The notes below the pieces were generated by a model that did no database searches, was not told the DNA's origin, and worked only from the letters and a program-made list of their open reading frames with translations. The position numbers and the translations under genes are program-made. Of a DNA stretch of 64,000 bases, positions 55,700 to 64,000 are shown in pieces. Numbering within the stretch: position 1 is the first letter of the stretch; the number at the start of each line of letters is the position of its first letter. Source of the DNA: an uncultured Christensenella sp. (GTDB lineage: Bacteria; Bacillota; Clostridia; Christensenellales; UBA3700); the NCBI GenBank assembly GCA_964478025.1, contig CAYZGK010000001.1, positions 151,631-215,630 of the forward strand, written 5' to 3'.

Positions 55700-56637
55700 A
55701 TTATACAAGAGAAACTATAGAGGAAATATTACAAGAAGTAGAAAAGTTAGATAAAAAAGGGAAACTAGCTTTTTTAGTTGGTGTTACTAAATCTGTAGGT
55801 TCAATTCAGTTATTTAAAAATAATAAGTTTTCTTTAGAGTATGAATTTAAAGATGAAGATGTCGCTTTTAAATGTTATGAAATAATAAAAGAATTATTTG
55901 ATATAGAGCTTGAACTTGGTGTTAATTCAATAGATCAAAAAAGTTACACAATAAATATAAGTGGTGAATTTGCAAATAACATACTAAAAGAAATGAAATT
56001 ATCCCATTATGAAAATGGAGAGTTTATAGTTGAAGATAACTCAGAATATGTTGGTGATATATCTAACATGGAACAAGCAAAAAGTTATATGCAAGGTGTG
56101 TTTGTATCTGTTGGTTCTGTATATTTTCCAAGTGGTATAGAAGAAAAGGGTGGGTACCATGTAGAGCTTGTGTTTACTGAAGAGGATTATGCTCTTGCGG
56201 TAAAGGATATGCTTGATGAGTGCCATATTCATTTATCTTATATAGATAGGGAAAACACATACTCTCTTTATGGAAAAAATTATCAATTAGTTAGTGATAT
56301 GCTCGCCTTTGTTAGAGCTAGTAATATGGTTTTAAAGTTATTTGATGTCAACGTAAGTAGAGAAGCTAATAATAATTTAAATAGAGAAAACAATTTTATT
56401 ACTGCAAACTTAGATAAAACAATTATTGCCTCAACCAAACAAATTCATGCAATAGAAATTTTAGATAAAAAAATTGGATTAGATAATTTAGATGCGACTA
56501 TGGCTAAGGTTTGTAAAGCCCGTATAGAAAATCATGAAGCAAGTTTAAATGAACTTGCAGAAATTGTTGGATTAACAAAAAGTTCTCTAAATAGAATGTT
56601 AAATAAGATAATTAAAAAGTCAGAAGAATTAGAATAA
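55696..56637 (+). CDS. whiA: DNA-binding protein WhiA
   Basis: About 310 aa. Degenerate LAGLIDADG-like core. C-terminal HTH (ASLNELAEIVGLTKSSLNRMLNKI). 4-nt overlap with the PHP gene. Confidence 0.75.
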   Translation: MNYTRETIEEILQEVEKLDKKGKLAFLVGVTKSVGSIQLFKNNKFSLEYEFKDEDVAFKCYEIIKELFDIELELGVNSIDQKSYTINISGEFANNILKEMKLSHYENGEFIVEDNSEYVGDISNMEQAKSYMQGVFVSVGSVYFPSGIEEKGGYHVELVFTEEDYALAVKDMLDECHIHLSYIDRENTYSLYGKNYQLVSDMLAFVRASNMVLKLFDVNVSREANNNLNRENNFITANLDKTIIASTKQIHAIEILDKKIGLDNLDATMAKVCKARIENHEASLNELAEIVGLTKSSLNRMLNKIIKKSEELE

Positions 56638-56643
56638 AACCTA

Positions 56644-56672
56644 TTGACACTATAGGTAAATCATAGTAAAAC
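56644..56672 (+). promoter_or_regulatory. promoter TTGACA-N17-TAAAAC driving the riboswitch-ribU transcript
   Basis: Read directly. Confidence 0.6.
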
Positions 56673-56684
56673 AAGAATATGCAA

Positions 56685-56806
56685 GAAACTTTGGGTGACA
56701 TTAGGTCAACCGGTGGTAAAGTCGAGAAATCGAACGAGTCCAACAGCCCCAACAGCCGATGTGGTTAGATTCCACAACCGCCCGTAAAGTCGGAATGGGA
56801 AAGAGA
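56685..56806 (+). promoter_or_regulatory. FMN riboswitch (RFN element)
   Basis: AACCGGTGGTAAAGTC... and GATGTGGTTAGATTCCACAACCGCCCGTAAAGTCGGAATGGGAAAG match the conserved RFN blocks ACCGGCGGT.AAGCC and GGTGAAATTCC..GCCGACAGT.AAGTCTGGATGGGAGAAG. Downstream gene is a riboflavin ECF S-component. Confidence 0.8.
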
Positions 56807-56862
56807 ATTGTATTTTTATAATATCTTTAGTTGATTGCAAATATAACTTTATAGGAGGCCTT

Positions 56863-57495
56863 ATGAAAAAGGTCGGTTTTTCAACACGTACTATCGCATA
56901 TACTGCGGTAATGACAGCAATGGTTGCAGTTGCTACTATGGTATTAAAAATACAAACTGCAGATAGTTACACAAATTTAGGTGATGCTGTAATATTTTTA
57001 ACGGCAGCATTCTTTGGTCCGATTCCTGCTTTAATTGCAGGTGGAGTGGGCTCATTTTTGGCCGATTTATTAACTTATCCTACAACGATGTGGTTTACAC
57101 TAGTTATAAAGGGAATAGAAGGTTTAATTGCAGGAAGTGTTGTGTATCTAGCAGATAAAACATTTTCTAGAGAGAGCAAAAAATCAACAATTATAAAACT
57201 TGCTATCTATATACTAGGTATGATTCTAGCTGCTATATGGATGGTAGGTGGTTATTATTTAGCAAAGGCTTTTAGTTATGGCACAAAAGAATCAGCATTA
57301 ATTTCTTTACCTAAAAATTGTATTCAAGGCGGAATATCTTTAATAGTTGCAATTGTTTTATATGGACTTTTATACCCAGTTGCTAAAAAAATGGAGTTCA
57401 AGTCAATTAAGGGACATAGTTTAAATAATGAAAGTGATACTATAGATAAACACGAAGATGATTCTAACAATTTAAATGATTTGAGAAAAGACTAA
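56863..57495 (+). CDS. ribU: riboflavin transporter, ECF S-component
   Basis: AGGAGG RBS. Polytopic ~190-aa core preceded by the FMN riboswitch. Acidic C-terminal tail. Confidence 0.75.
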   Translation: MKKVGFSTRTIAYTAVMTAMVAVATMVLKIQTADSYTNLGDAVIFLTAAFFGPIPALIAGGVGSFLADLLTYPTTMWFTLVIKGIEGLIAGSVVYLADKTFSRESKKSTIIKLAIYILGMILAAIWMVGGYYLAKAFSYGTKESALISLPKNCIQGGISLIVAIVLYGLLYPVAKKMEFKSIKGHSLNNESDTIDKHEDDSNNLNDLRKD

Positions 57496-57556
57496 CTATT
57501 TGGTTATAATTCTTCTATTAAAATCTTTTAGATTTTATCAAAAAGTATTAGAATAA

Positions 57557-57590
57557 AATAGATAGCCGAAAATTCTCGACTATTTATTTT
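57557..57590 (+). terminator. probable terminator after ribU (imperfect stem)
   Basis: AATAGATAGCCGA - loop - TCGACTATTTATT then TTT. One mismatch and one G-T pair. Confidence 0.45.
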
Positions 57591-57611
57591 ATGGAATCGT
57601 GAGGAGGAAAT

Positions 57612-60600
57612 ATGGGTGAATTAGTTTTTGGCAAGGAAGTACCTTTTGTACATTTACATTTACATACAGAGTTTTCATTGCTAGATGGTGCTACAAGACT
57701 TATATCAGGACACGATTCTCCACTTTTTGAAGAGTGTATGAAACTTGGTATGCCTGGTGTAGCTATAACAGATCATGGTAACATGATGGGAACTTATCCT
57801 GCGTTTGTTCAATTCAATAACGAATACAAAAAGAGAATGCCAGAAGGCAGGGAGTTTAACATTATATATGGAAACGAAGTATATACGTGCGACGATATGC
57901 ATGTTCAAGATTCCACAAATAGATATGGCTATAACCATTTAATATTACTTGCAAAAACGCAAACAGGTCTTGAAAATTTAATAAAAATAACAACACTTGC
58001 TTATACAGAAGGGTTTTACGTGAAACCAAGAGTTGACTTAGAGTGTATAAGACAACACTCTGAAGGTTTAATTTGTTTATCTGCCTGTATTGCTGGTGTT
58101 ATTCCGCAATATTTAATACAAAATGAGTATGATAAAGCTCTAGCTTATGCTAAAGAATTACAATCGATTTTTGGGAAAGATGATTTTTATATTGAACTTC
58201 AAGATCATGACCTTCCAGAAGAAAAGATGATTTTATCTCAACTTGTAAAAATTGCTAACGAGATTGGTGCAAAAGTTGTAGCAACTAACGACGTCCACTA
58301 TTTGAAAAAAGAGGATTATGATGCTCATGATATAATGCTTCGTATTCAAACAGGTAAACGTGTTGGTGAAGAAATTGGAATGGGATTTAATTCAAACAAT
58401 TGGTATTTGAAAAGCTATGAGGAAATGCTTGATAAATTTAAATGGATTCCAGAAGCTTTAACTAATACTGTTGAAATCATGAATAAGTGTAAGTCCGTAA
58501 AATGGATTGAGCATCAACTAGAAAAATTATATCCAAAATATGATAAGTTCTGTCCAGAAGGTGAAACGCCAGAGACTTATCTTAGAAAATTATGCTTTGA
58601 AGGATTAAAGAGAAGATATGGCGAAAAGTTAAGTGATGTGCATATAGATAGAGCAAACACTGAACTTGGAGTTATCCACAATAAAGGATTTGATTCATAC
58701 TATCTTGTTGTATGGGATTTTATAAACTGGGCAAAAAGTAATGATATTCCAATAGGACCAGGAAGAGGTTCGGGTGTTGGATCTATTGTTGCTTATGCAA
58801 TAGGTATTACAAACGTTGAGCCACTTCAATTTGATTTACTGTTTGAAAGATTCTTAAATCCAGAAAGAAACTCTCCACCAGATTTCGATATAGATATTTG
58901 TACGGAGCGTCGTGGTGAGGTTATAGATTATGTTGTTAAAAAATATGGTAGAGATCATGTTTGCCAAATTTTAACATTAGGAACATTAAAACCAAAAAAT
59001 GCAATTGCTGATGTTGCAAGAGTTTATAATGTACCACTAGAACTTGTTAATAAGACTAAAAAGATGCTTCCTAATGATCCAAAGATGACTTTTAAATCGG
59101 CATTAGGGCTTGCAAAAGATAAGGACGGAAATCCAATTCCTGGTATTCAAGAGTTTATTGATTTATATAATACAAATGATGAAATGCATCAAGTTATTGA
59201 TATGGCAAGAAAACTTGAAGGTATGCCAAAGAATATTTCAATGCATGCAGCAGGTGTAGTTATTTGTGATACTGCAGTTATAAATGCGTGTCCTGAACTT
59301 GTACAAAAGAAAAAGGATAAAGTTGATATAATAACACAATTCCAAAAAGGTGAGACTGAGGAGTTAGGACTGCTAAAAATGGACTTTTTAGGCTTAATCA
59401 CTCTTACTGATATTCACCATGCTATTAAATATGTTTATGAACAAACAGGAGAGAAGATAGATTTTGATAAAATAGGCGTTGGAGATGCCGGAGTTTACGA
59501 AATGATTTCAAATGGTGATACTGACTTTGTATTCCAATTAGATTCAGGCGGTATGAAAGGCTTTATGAAACAATTGCATCCTAATAACATAGAAGATTTA
59601 ATACTTGGTATTTCTATGTATAGACCAGGACCAATGGATTCTATTGAAGCTTATTTGAAAGCTAGAGCAAATCCAGAGAGCGTACATTATTTCCATGATT
59701 GTTTAAGACCTATCTTGGAGCCAACATTTGGATTTTTCGTATATCAAGAACAAGTTATGAATGCTGCTCGTGTAATGGGTGGATACTCTTTAGGTCAAGC
59801 TGACTTACTTCGTCGTGCTATGGGTAAGAAGAAAGTTGAAGTTATGCAAAAGGAAAGAGCTAGATTTGAAGCTGGTGCTGCTAAAAATGGAGTAGATGCG
59901 GATGTTGCAAAGATAACTTTCGATGCAATGGAAAAGTTCGCTACATACGCTTTCAATAAATCCCATGCTGCAGCCTATGCACATGTAACTTACCAAACAG
60001 CTTATTTAAAGAAATATCATTTAACTGAACTTGTCTGTGCTATGTTGAATAATCGTATTACAAAGACAGATAAACTTCTAAAGTATATTAATCTTGCAAA
60101 ACAATATGGAGTAGAAATTTTACCTGCTGATGTAAATAAATCTGGTGCTGTATTTAAGGTAGAAGATGGTAAGGTAAGATTTGGCTTAACAGCTATAAAA
60201 AATATTGGTGGTCCAGTTGCGGATGAAATAGAAAAAGAAGTTAAAGCTAATGGCCCATTTAAGTCATTAACAGATTTCTGTTCAAGACTAGACCCTAAGG
60301 TTGCAAATAAGACAACTATTGAAAATTGTGCTAAAGCTGGTGCGATGGATTGCTTTGGTAAAACAAGATCAACAATTATGGCCAATTATGCTCATGTACT
60401 TGGCGTAGTTGCTTCAGATAAAAAGATAAAAGCATCTGGTCAAATGAGTATGTTTGATTTTATGGATTCTACTGAGGATGAAACAGAAAAACTAATAGAA
60501 ATTCCAGAATACAAAAAGTTAGATATTCTTGCTATGGAAAAGGAAGTTTTAAATACATACCTTTCTGGACACCCACTTGAGGAGTTTAAAACTACACTAG

Positions 60601-61268
60601 AAAAATATCCATTTAACTTAGGAAAAATTTCTTTACTTTTAAATACTTTTGAAGATGATGCTGAAGATGAGGACAGCCAAGTTAATATGCTTGAGTATAA
60701 CGAAGATGAAGTAGATAAAGAGGAAATTGAAAGATTAACAAAAGAATATGACGGAAAGGTTGTTAAAATTGCGGGCCTTTTAGATAATTACCAAAAGAAA
60801 AAAACAAAGACAAATAAGATGATGGGAATTGGAACATTAATGGATTTACATTCTTCTATAGATGTTTTATTCTGTGGTAATGCTTTTGAAAATTATAAAG
60901 ATGTATTGAAAAACGATATAGTTGTAGAAGTATCAGGAAAGTTAAGAGTAAAGGAAGGACAAGCTTCTTTATCTGCTCAAACTATTAAACTTTTAAATTT
61001 AGAAGAGCCTGAGAAAAAAGTAAAAAAGAACACTCAAGCAAGAATTATGTACCTAAAAGGTGATGATAATTCTACTCTTAACAAAATTTTAAAGACAATA
61101 GAAAATATTGTTGGGGAACCAAACGATGAGTGTGTAGATGAAATAAAGGTTCAATATAATAAAAAGATTTATGCATATCCAGATAAAGTTAACATTACAG
61201 ATAGTATTGAAATGATGATGGAAAAACAATTTGGAATGGATGGAGTAAAAATAAGGCCATTAGTATAG
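57612..61268 (+). CDS. dnaE: DNA polymerase III alpha subunit (DnaE type)
   Basis: GAGGAGG RBS. PHP N-terminus HLHLHTEFSLLDG. GRGSGVGS, PDFDIDI, YRPGPM, LLRRAMGKKK. Confidence 0.95.
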   Translation: MGELVFGKEVPFVHLHLHTEFSLLDGATRLISGHDSPLFEECMKLGMPGVAITDHGNMMGTYPAFVQFNNEYKKRMPEGREFNIIYGNEVYTCDDMHVQDSTNRYGYNHLILLAKTQTGLENLIKITTLAYTEGFYVKPRVDLECIRQHSEGLICLSACIAGVIPQYLIQNEYDKALAYAKELQSIFGKDDFYIELQDHDLPEEKMILSQLVKIANEIGAKVVATNDVHYLKKEDYDAHDIMLRIQTGKRVGEEIGMGFNSNNWYLKSYEEMLDKFKWIPEALTNTVEIMNKCKSVKWIEHQLEKLYPKYDKFCPEGETPETYLRKLCFEGLKRRYGEKLSDVHIDRANTELGVIHNKGFDSYYLVVWDFINWAKSNDIPIGPGRGSGVGSIVAYAIGITNVEPLQFDLLFERFLNPERNSPPDFDIDICTERRGEVIDYVVKKYGRDHVCQILTLGTLKPKNAIADVARVYNVPLELVNKTKKMLPNDPKMTFKSALGLAKDKDGNPIPGIQEFIDLYNTNDEMHQVIDMARKLEGMPKNISMHAAGVVICDTAVINACPELVQKKKDKVDIITQFQKGETEELGLLKMDFLGLITLTDIHHAIKYVYEQTGEKIDFDKIGVGDAGVYEMISNGDTDFVFQLDSGGMKGFMKQLHPNNIEDLILGISMYRPGPMDSIEAYLKARANPESVHYFHDCLRPILEPTFGFFVYQEQVMNAARVMGGYSLGQADLLRRAMGKKKVEVMQKERARFEAGAAKNGVDADVAKITFDAMEKFATYAFNKSHAAAYAHVTYQTAYLKKYHLTELVCAMLNNRITKTDKLLKYINLAKQYGVEILPADVNKSGAVFKVEDGKVRFGLTAIKNIGGPVADEIEKEVKANGPFKSLTDFCSRLDPKVANKTTIENCAKAGAMDCFGKTRSTIMANYAHVLGVVASDKKIKASGQMSMFDFMDSTEDETEKLIEIPEYKKLDILAMEKEVLNTYLSGHPLEEFKTTLEKYPFNLGKISLLLNTFEDDAEDEDSQVNMLEYNEDEVDKEEIERLTKEYDGKVVKIAGLLDNYQKKKTKTNKMMGIGTLMDLHSSIDVLFCGNAFENYKDVLKNDIVVEVSGKLRVKEGQASLSAQTIKLLNLEEPEKKVKKNTQARIMYLKGDDNSTLNKILKTIENIVGEPNDECVDEIKVQYNKKIYAYPDKVNITDSIEMMMEKQFGMDGVKIRPLV

Positions 61269-61271
61269 AGT

Positions 61272-62042
61272 ATGATTGAAACAAATGAAATAATAATTAA
61301 TAGTTTATCTCAAAAACCACGTAAAGCTTATGTGTATCTTCCTACGGGATATGAAAGTAGCAAAGATAAAAGATATCCTGTTATTTACATGTTTGATGGT
61401 CATAACTTATTTTCAGATAGTGAAGCAACCTACGGAAGATCATGGAGACTTGCAGATTACTTAGATTATACAGACACGCAAGTTATCGTGGCTGCAGTTG
61501 AATGTAACAATGAAGGAAAAGAAAGATTATCTGAATATTCTCCTATAGATTTTGTGGATTTAGATGGTGATTTAATAAAAGGCAAGGGCGATAAATATAT
61601 GAAGTGGCTTATTAATGATTTTAAAAAGGATATTGATGCTTCATTTAGAACACTTCCAGATAGAAAAAACACTGCAATTGCAGGTTCTTCTATGGGAGGA
61701 TTAATGTCTTTATTTGCTCTTGCTAAATATAACAGTGTTTTTTCAAAGGCAGCTGCCTTATCTCCATCAATTTGGGTAGGCGGAAATGATTTAGAAAACA
61801 CTTTAAAAGATATATTCAAATCAAAAATTTCAAAAGATAGTATTTTGTATATGGATTATGGTTCTAAAGAACTTTCATTTAAGAAAATGGATGATATTTA
61901 TGCAAAAGCTACAGGTATTTTTATAAAGGAAGGAATAAATGTTACTTCAAGGATTGTTCCTAATGGCACACATAGTGAAGAATCATGGGAAAAACAAATT
62001 CCAATTTTTATGCAGGTGTTAGGATTTAAACCAAGGAGCTAG
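61272..62042 (+). CDS. esterase-family alpha/beta hydrolase (PF00756-like)
   Basis: YLPTGY...RYPVIYMFDGHN, nucleophile elbow GSSMGG. Starts 3 nt after the dnaE stop. Confidence 0.7.
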   Translation: MIETNEIIINSLSQKPRKAYVYLPTGYESSKDKRYPVIYMFDGHNLFSDSEATYGRSWRLADYLDYTDTQVIVAAVECNNEGKERLSEYSPIDFVDLDGDLIKGKGDKYMKWLINDFKKDIDASFRTLPDRKNTAIAGSSMGGLMSLFALAKYNSVFSKAAALSPSIWVGGNDLENTLKDIFKSKISKDSILYMDYGSKELSFKKMDDIYAKATGIFIKEGINVTSRIVPNGTHSEESWEKQIPIFMQVLGFKPRS

Positions 62043-62043
62043 C

Positions 62044-62799
62044 ATGCAAGTAGATTATAAAAAAAGGTGGAGCAAATATTTACAAAGAGATATGGAATTT
62101 AAAGTCTATGGAAATAAAGGCAAGCCTTTTTTAATGATTCCTTGCCAATCTGGTAGATTTTACGAGTTTGAAGATATGCATATGCTTGATGTATATGCTC
62201 CATATATTGAAAGAGGAGATATACAAGTTTTTACAATTGATTCAATAGATTCAGAAACACTAGATAATAATGGTAATCCAAGAAAAAGAATAGAAAGACA
62301 TGAAAATTGGATAAATTATTTGGTATATGAAGCTATTCCCGAGTTTCAATTAATAAATAAACTTGCAAATAATGGAAATGAAAATAAGTTTGCAGTGTGT
62401 GGTTTATCTTTAGGTTCACTACATGCAGCAACTCTATATTTTAGATTTCCAGATTTCTTTGATAGACTTTTAGGATTAAGTGGTTTATATTCAAATGAGT
62501 ATTATTTTAAGGATTATCATGATGATTTGACTTATAATAATTCACCGGAACAATTCCTTGCTAATATTAATCCAAACCACTCTTATATTGAAAAATATAA
62601 CAAAGGTAAAATTATATTATGTGTAGGGCAAGGTGATTGGGAAGATGTGCCAAGAGAGTATACAATAAGATTTGCAAATATATTAAAATCAAAGGGAATT
62701 AATGTATGGCTTGATGTTTGGGGGAAAGATGTGAAACATGATTGGTGCTGGTGGTATAAACAAGCGGAGTATTTTATACCAAAACTGCTAGAACCATAA
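62044..62799 (+). CDS. esterase-family alpha/beta hydrolase, second copy
   Basis: AAGGAG RBS, G-L-S-L-G elbow. 1-nt gap from the previous gene. Confidence 0.65.
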   Translation: MQVDYKKRWSKYLQRDMEFKVYGNKGKPFLMIPCQSGRFYEFEDMHMLDVYAPYIERGDIQVFTIDSIDSETLDNNGNPRKRIERHENWINYLVYEAIPEFQLINKLANNGNENKFAVCGLSLGSLHAATLYFRFPDFFDRLLGLSGLYSNEYYFKDYHDDLTYNNSPEQFLANINPNHSYIEKYNKGKIILCVGQGDWEDVPREYTIRFANILKSKGINVWLDVWGKDVKHDWCWWYKQAEYFIPKLLEP

Positions 62800-62808
62800 G
62801 GAGAAAAA

Positions 62809-63996
62809 ATGAAGAATTTTGTGTTTTTATCACCAAACTTTCCTGCAAACTATTGGAATTTTTGCAAAGAATTAAAAAATAATGGAATCAATGTTTTAGG
62901 AATTGGAGATTGTCCATATGATAATCTTACACAAGAATTAAAAACTAATTTAAATGAATATTACTATGTTTCAGATTTAGGGAATTATAATTCGGTTTAT
63001 AGAGCAGTTGCTTTTTTCTGCTTTAAATACGGAAAGATAGACTATCTTGAGAGCAATAATGAGTATTGGCTTGAGCGAGATGCTATGCTTCGTGATGATT
63101 TTAATATTACATCAGGATTTAAATCAAAGGATATGCCAGCTGTAAAATATAAGTCTAAAATGAAGGAAAATTATAAAAAGGCTGGAATTCCTGTTGCTGA
63201 GTATTATCTTGTTGAAAACATTGAAGGCTGTAAAAAGTTTATAAGCACATATGGCTATCCAGTAATTGTAAAGCCAGATAATGGTGTTGGTGCTAATGAT
63301 ACTTATAGAATTGAAAATGATAAAGATTTAGAAAACTTTTTCAAAATAAAACCACAAATTCCTTATATTATGGAAGAGTATATTGATGGAGAAATATGCT
63401 CATATGATGCAATAATAAATAGTGAGGGAATGCCAATTTTTGAAACTGGCAATGTGTCTCCTGTCTCAATTATGGATATAGTAAATGAAAATAGAGATAG
63501 TGTTTTTTATATGCAAGGAAATCCAGAAGCAAGTATTCTTGAAAAGGGTAGAAAGGTGGCAAAAGCATTTAATGTAAGGAGCCGTTTTATTCATTTTGAG
63601 TTTTTCAAATTATTAAAGGATCAAAGAATTGGCAAGAAGGGAGATATTGTGGCTTTAGAGGTTAATATGAGACCATCTGGAGGAGTTTCTCCTGATATGA
63701 TGAATTATGCTAATTCAATAGATGTTTATAAGGTATGGGCGGATATGATTGCCTTTGATAAAACTCAATTAAAGGCAGGAGACAAATATAATTGTATATT
63801 TGTTGGAAGAAGAAATAATAAAAATTATAAGATGTCTATAGATGAAATAAAACAACAATATGCAAGTAATTTAAAGAAAATAGAAAACGTTCCTATAGCC
63901 CTATCTGGTGCAATGGGAAATGTAATGATTCTTGCAAATTTTGAAGATAAAGAAAAAATGAAAAATTTCTATTATAAAATCATTGAAAAAAAATAA
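62809..63996 (+). CDS. ATP-grasp domain protein (carboxylate-amine ligase type), substrate unknown
   Basis: AAGGAG RBS. YGYPVIVKPDNGVGANDTYRI and EVNMRPSGG blocks are typical of the ATP-grasp fold. Confidence 0.7.
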   Translation: MKNFVFLSPNFPANYWNFCKELKNNGINVLGIGDCPYDNLTQELKTNLNEYYYVSDLGNYNSVYRAVAFFCFKYGKIDYLESNNEYWLERDAMLRDDFNITSGFKSKDMPAVKYKSKMKENYKKAGIPVAEYYLVENIEGCKKFISTYGYPVIVKPDNGVGANDTYRIENDKDLENFFKIKPQIPYIMEEYIDGEICSYDAIINSEGMPIFETGNVSPVSIMDIVNENRDSVFYMQGNPEASILEKGRKVAKAFNVRSRFIHFEFFKLLKDQRIGKKGDIVALEVNMRPSGGVSPDMMNYANSIDVYKVWADMIAFDKTQLKAGDKYNCIFVGRRNNKNYKMSIDEIKQQYASNLKKIENVPIALSGAMGNVMILANFEDKEKMKNFYYKIIEKK

Positions 63997-64000
63997 GATT

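Noticed and set aside
1-64000. Mobile elements, prophage genes, restriction-modification or known defence systems, tRNA/rRNA genes, and an origin of replication near dnaE or the repeat arrays.
   Set aside because: I saw no integrase, transposase, recombinase, phage structural, methyltransferase or nuclease genes. By eye I found no tRNA-like or rRNA sequence and no DnaA-box (TTATCCACA) cluster. This was a visual scan only and is not exhaustive.

Overview
Strongly AT-rich chromosomal segment from a low-GC Bacillota or Mollicutes-like bacterium. It uses the standard genetic code: long ORFs stay open, Trp is TGG and TGA is used as a stop. I support about 46 protein genes, one riboswitch, no tRNA or rRNA, no CRISPR array and no integrase or transposase.

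Layout:
- 1-13.1 kb: an operon with a partial surface-protein gene, two paralogous ~2000-aa surface proteins and a lipoprotein.
- 13.3-16.1 kb: two overlapping uncharacterised flavoprotein genes behind a phased repeat array.
- 16.3-25.2 kb: two COG2865-type genes (AlbA_2/Schlafen-like + ATPase-like + wHTH), each with its own repeat array. They bracket a membrane-anchored GH28-like beta-helix protein, a BspA-type LRR protein, an SDR and a DEAD-box helicase.
- 25.3-30.6 kb (minus strand): HTH-cupin regulator plus potABCD.
- 30.8-39.4 kb: fba, an orphan deaminase-toxin fragment with a putative immunity gene, XRE regulators, an acyltransferase, an M29 aminopeptidase, a two-gene module of an HTH-acyltransferase fusion and a zinc-ribbon membrane protein, and gap.
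- 40-44 kb: TetR + ABC-F and a GH13 glucosidase.
- 44.2-44.8 kb: a decayed DinJ-type antitoxin.
- 44.8-56.6 kb: glgBCDAP, a GH13 enzyme, a PHP protein and whiA.
- 56.6-64 kb: FMN riboswitch-ribU, then dnaE followed tightly by two esterases and an ATP-grasp gene.

Most of this is housekeeping. The things worth following up are:
1. The repeat architecture around the two COG2865 genes (promoter repeats copied again near the 3' end of each gene).
2. A 33-bp phased box array feeding a promoter with no leader.
3. A recurring -10 box placed 7-9 nt from the ATG, suggesting leaderless mRNAs at five genes.
4. The XRE-HTH/condensation-like acyltransferase + zinc-ribbon membrane pair.
5. The C-terminally TM-anchored giant surface proteins.

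All family assignments come from reading motifs by eye and from memory of family signatures. No searches were run.
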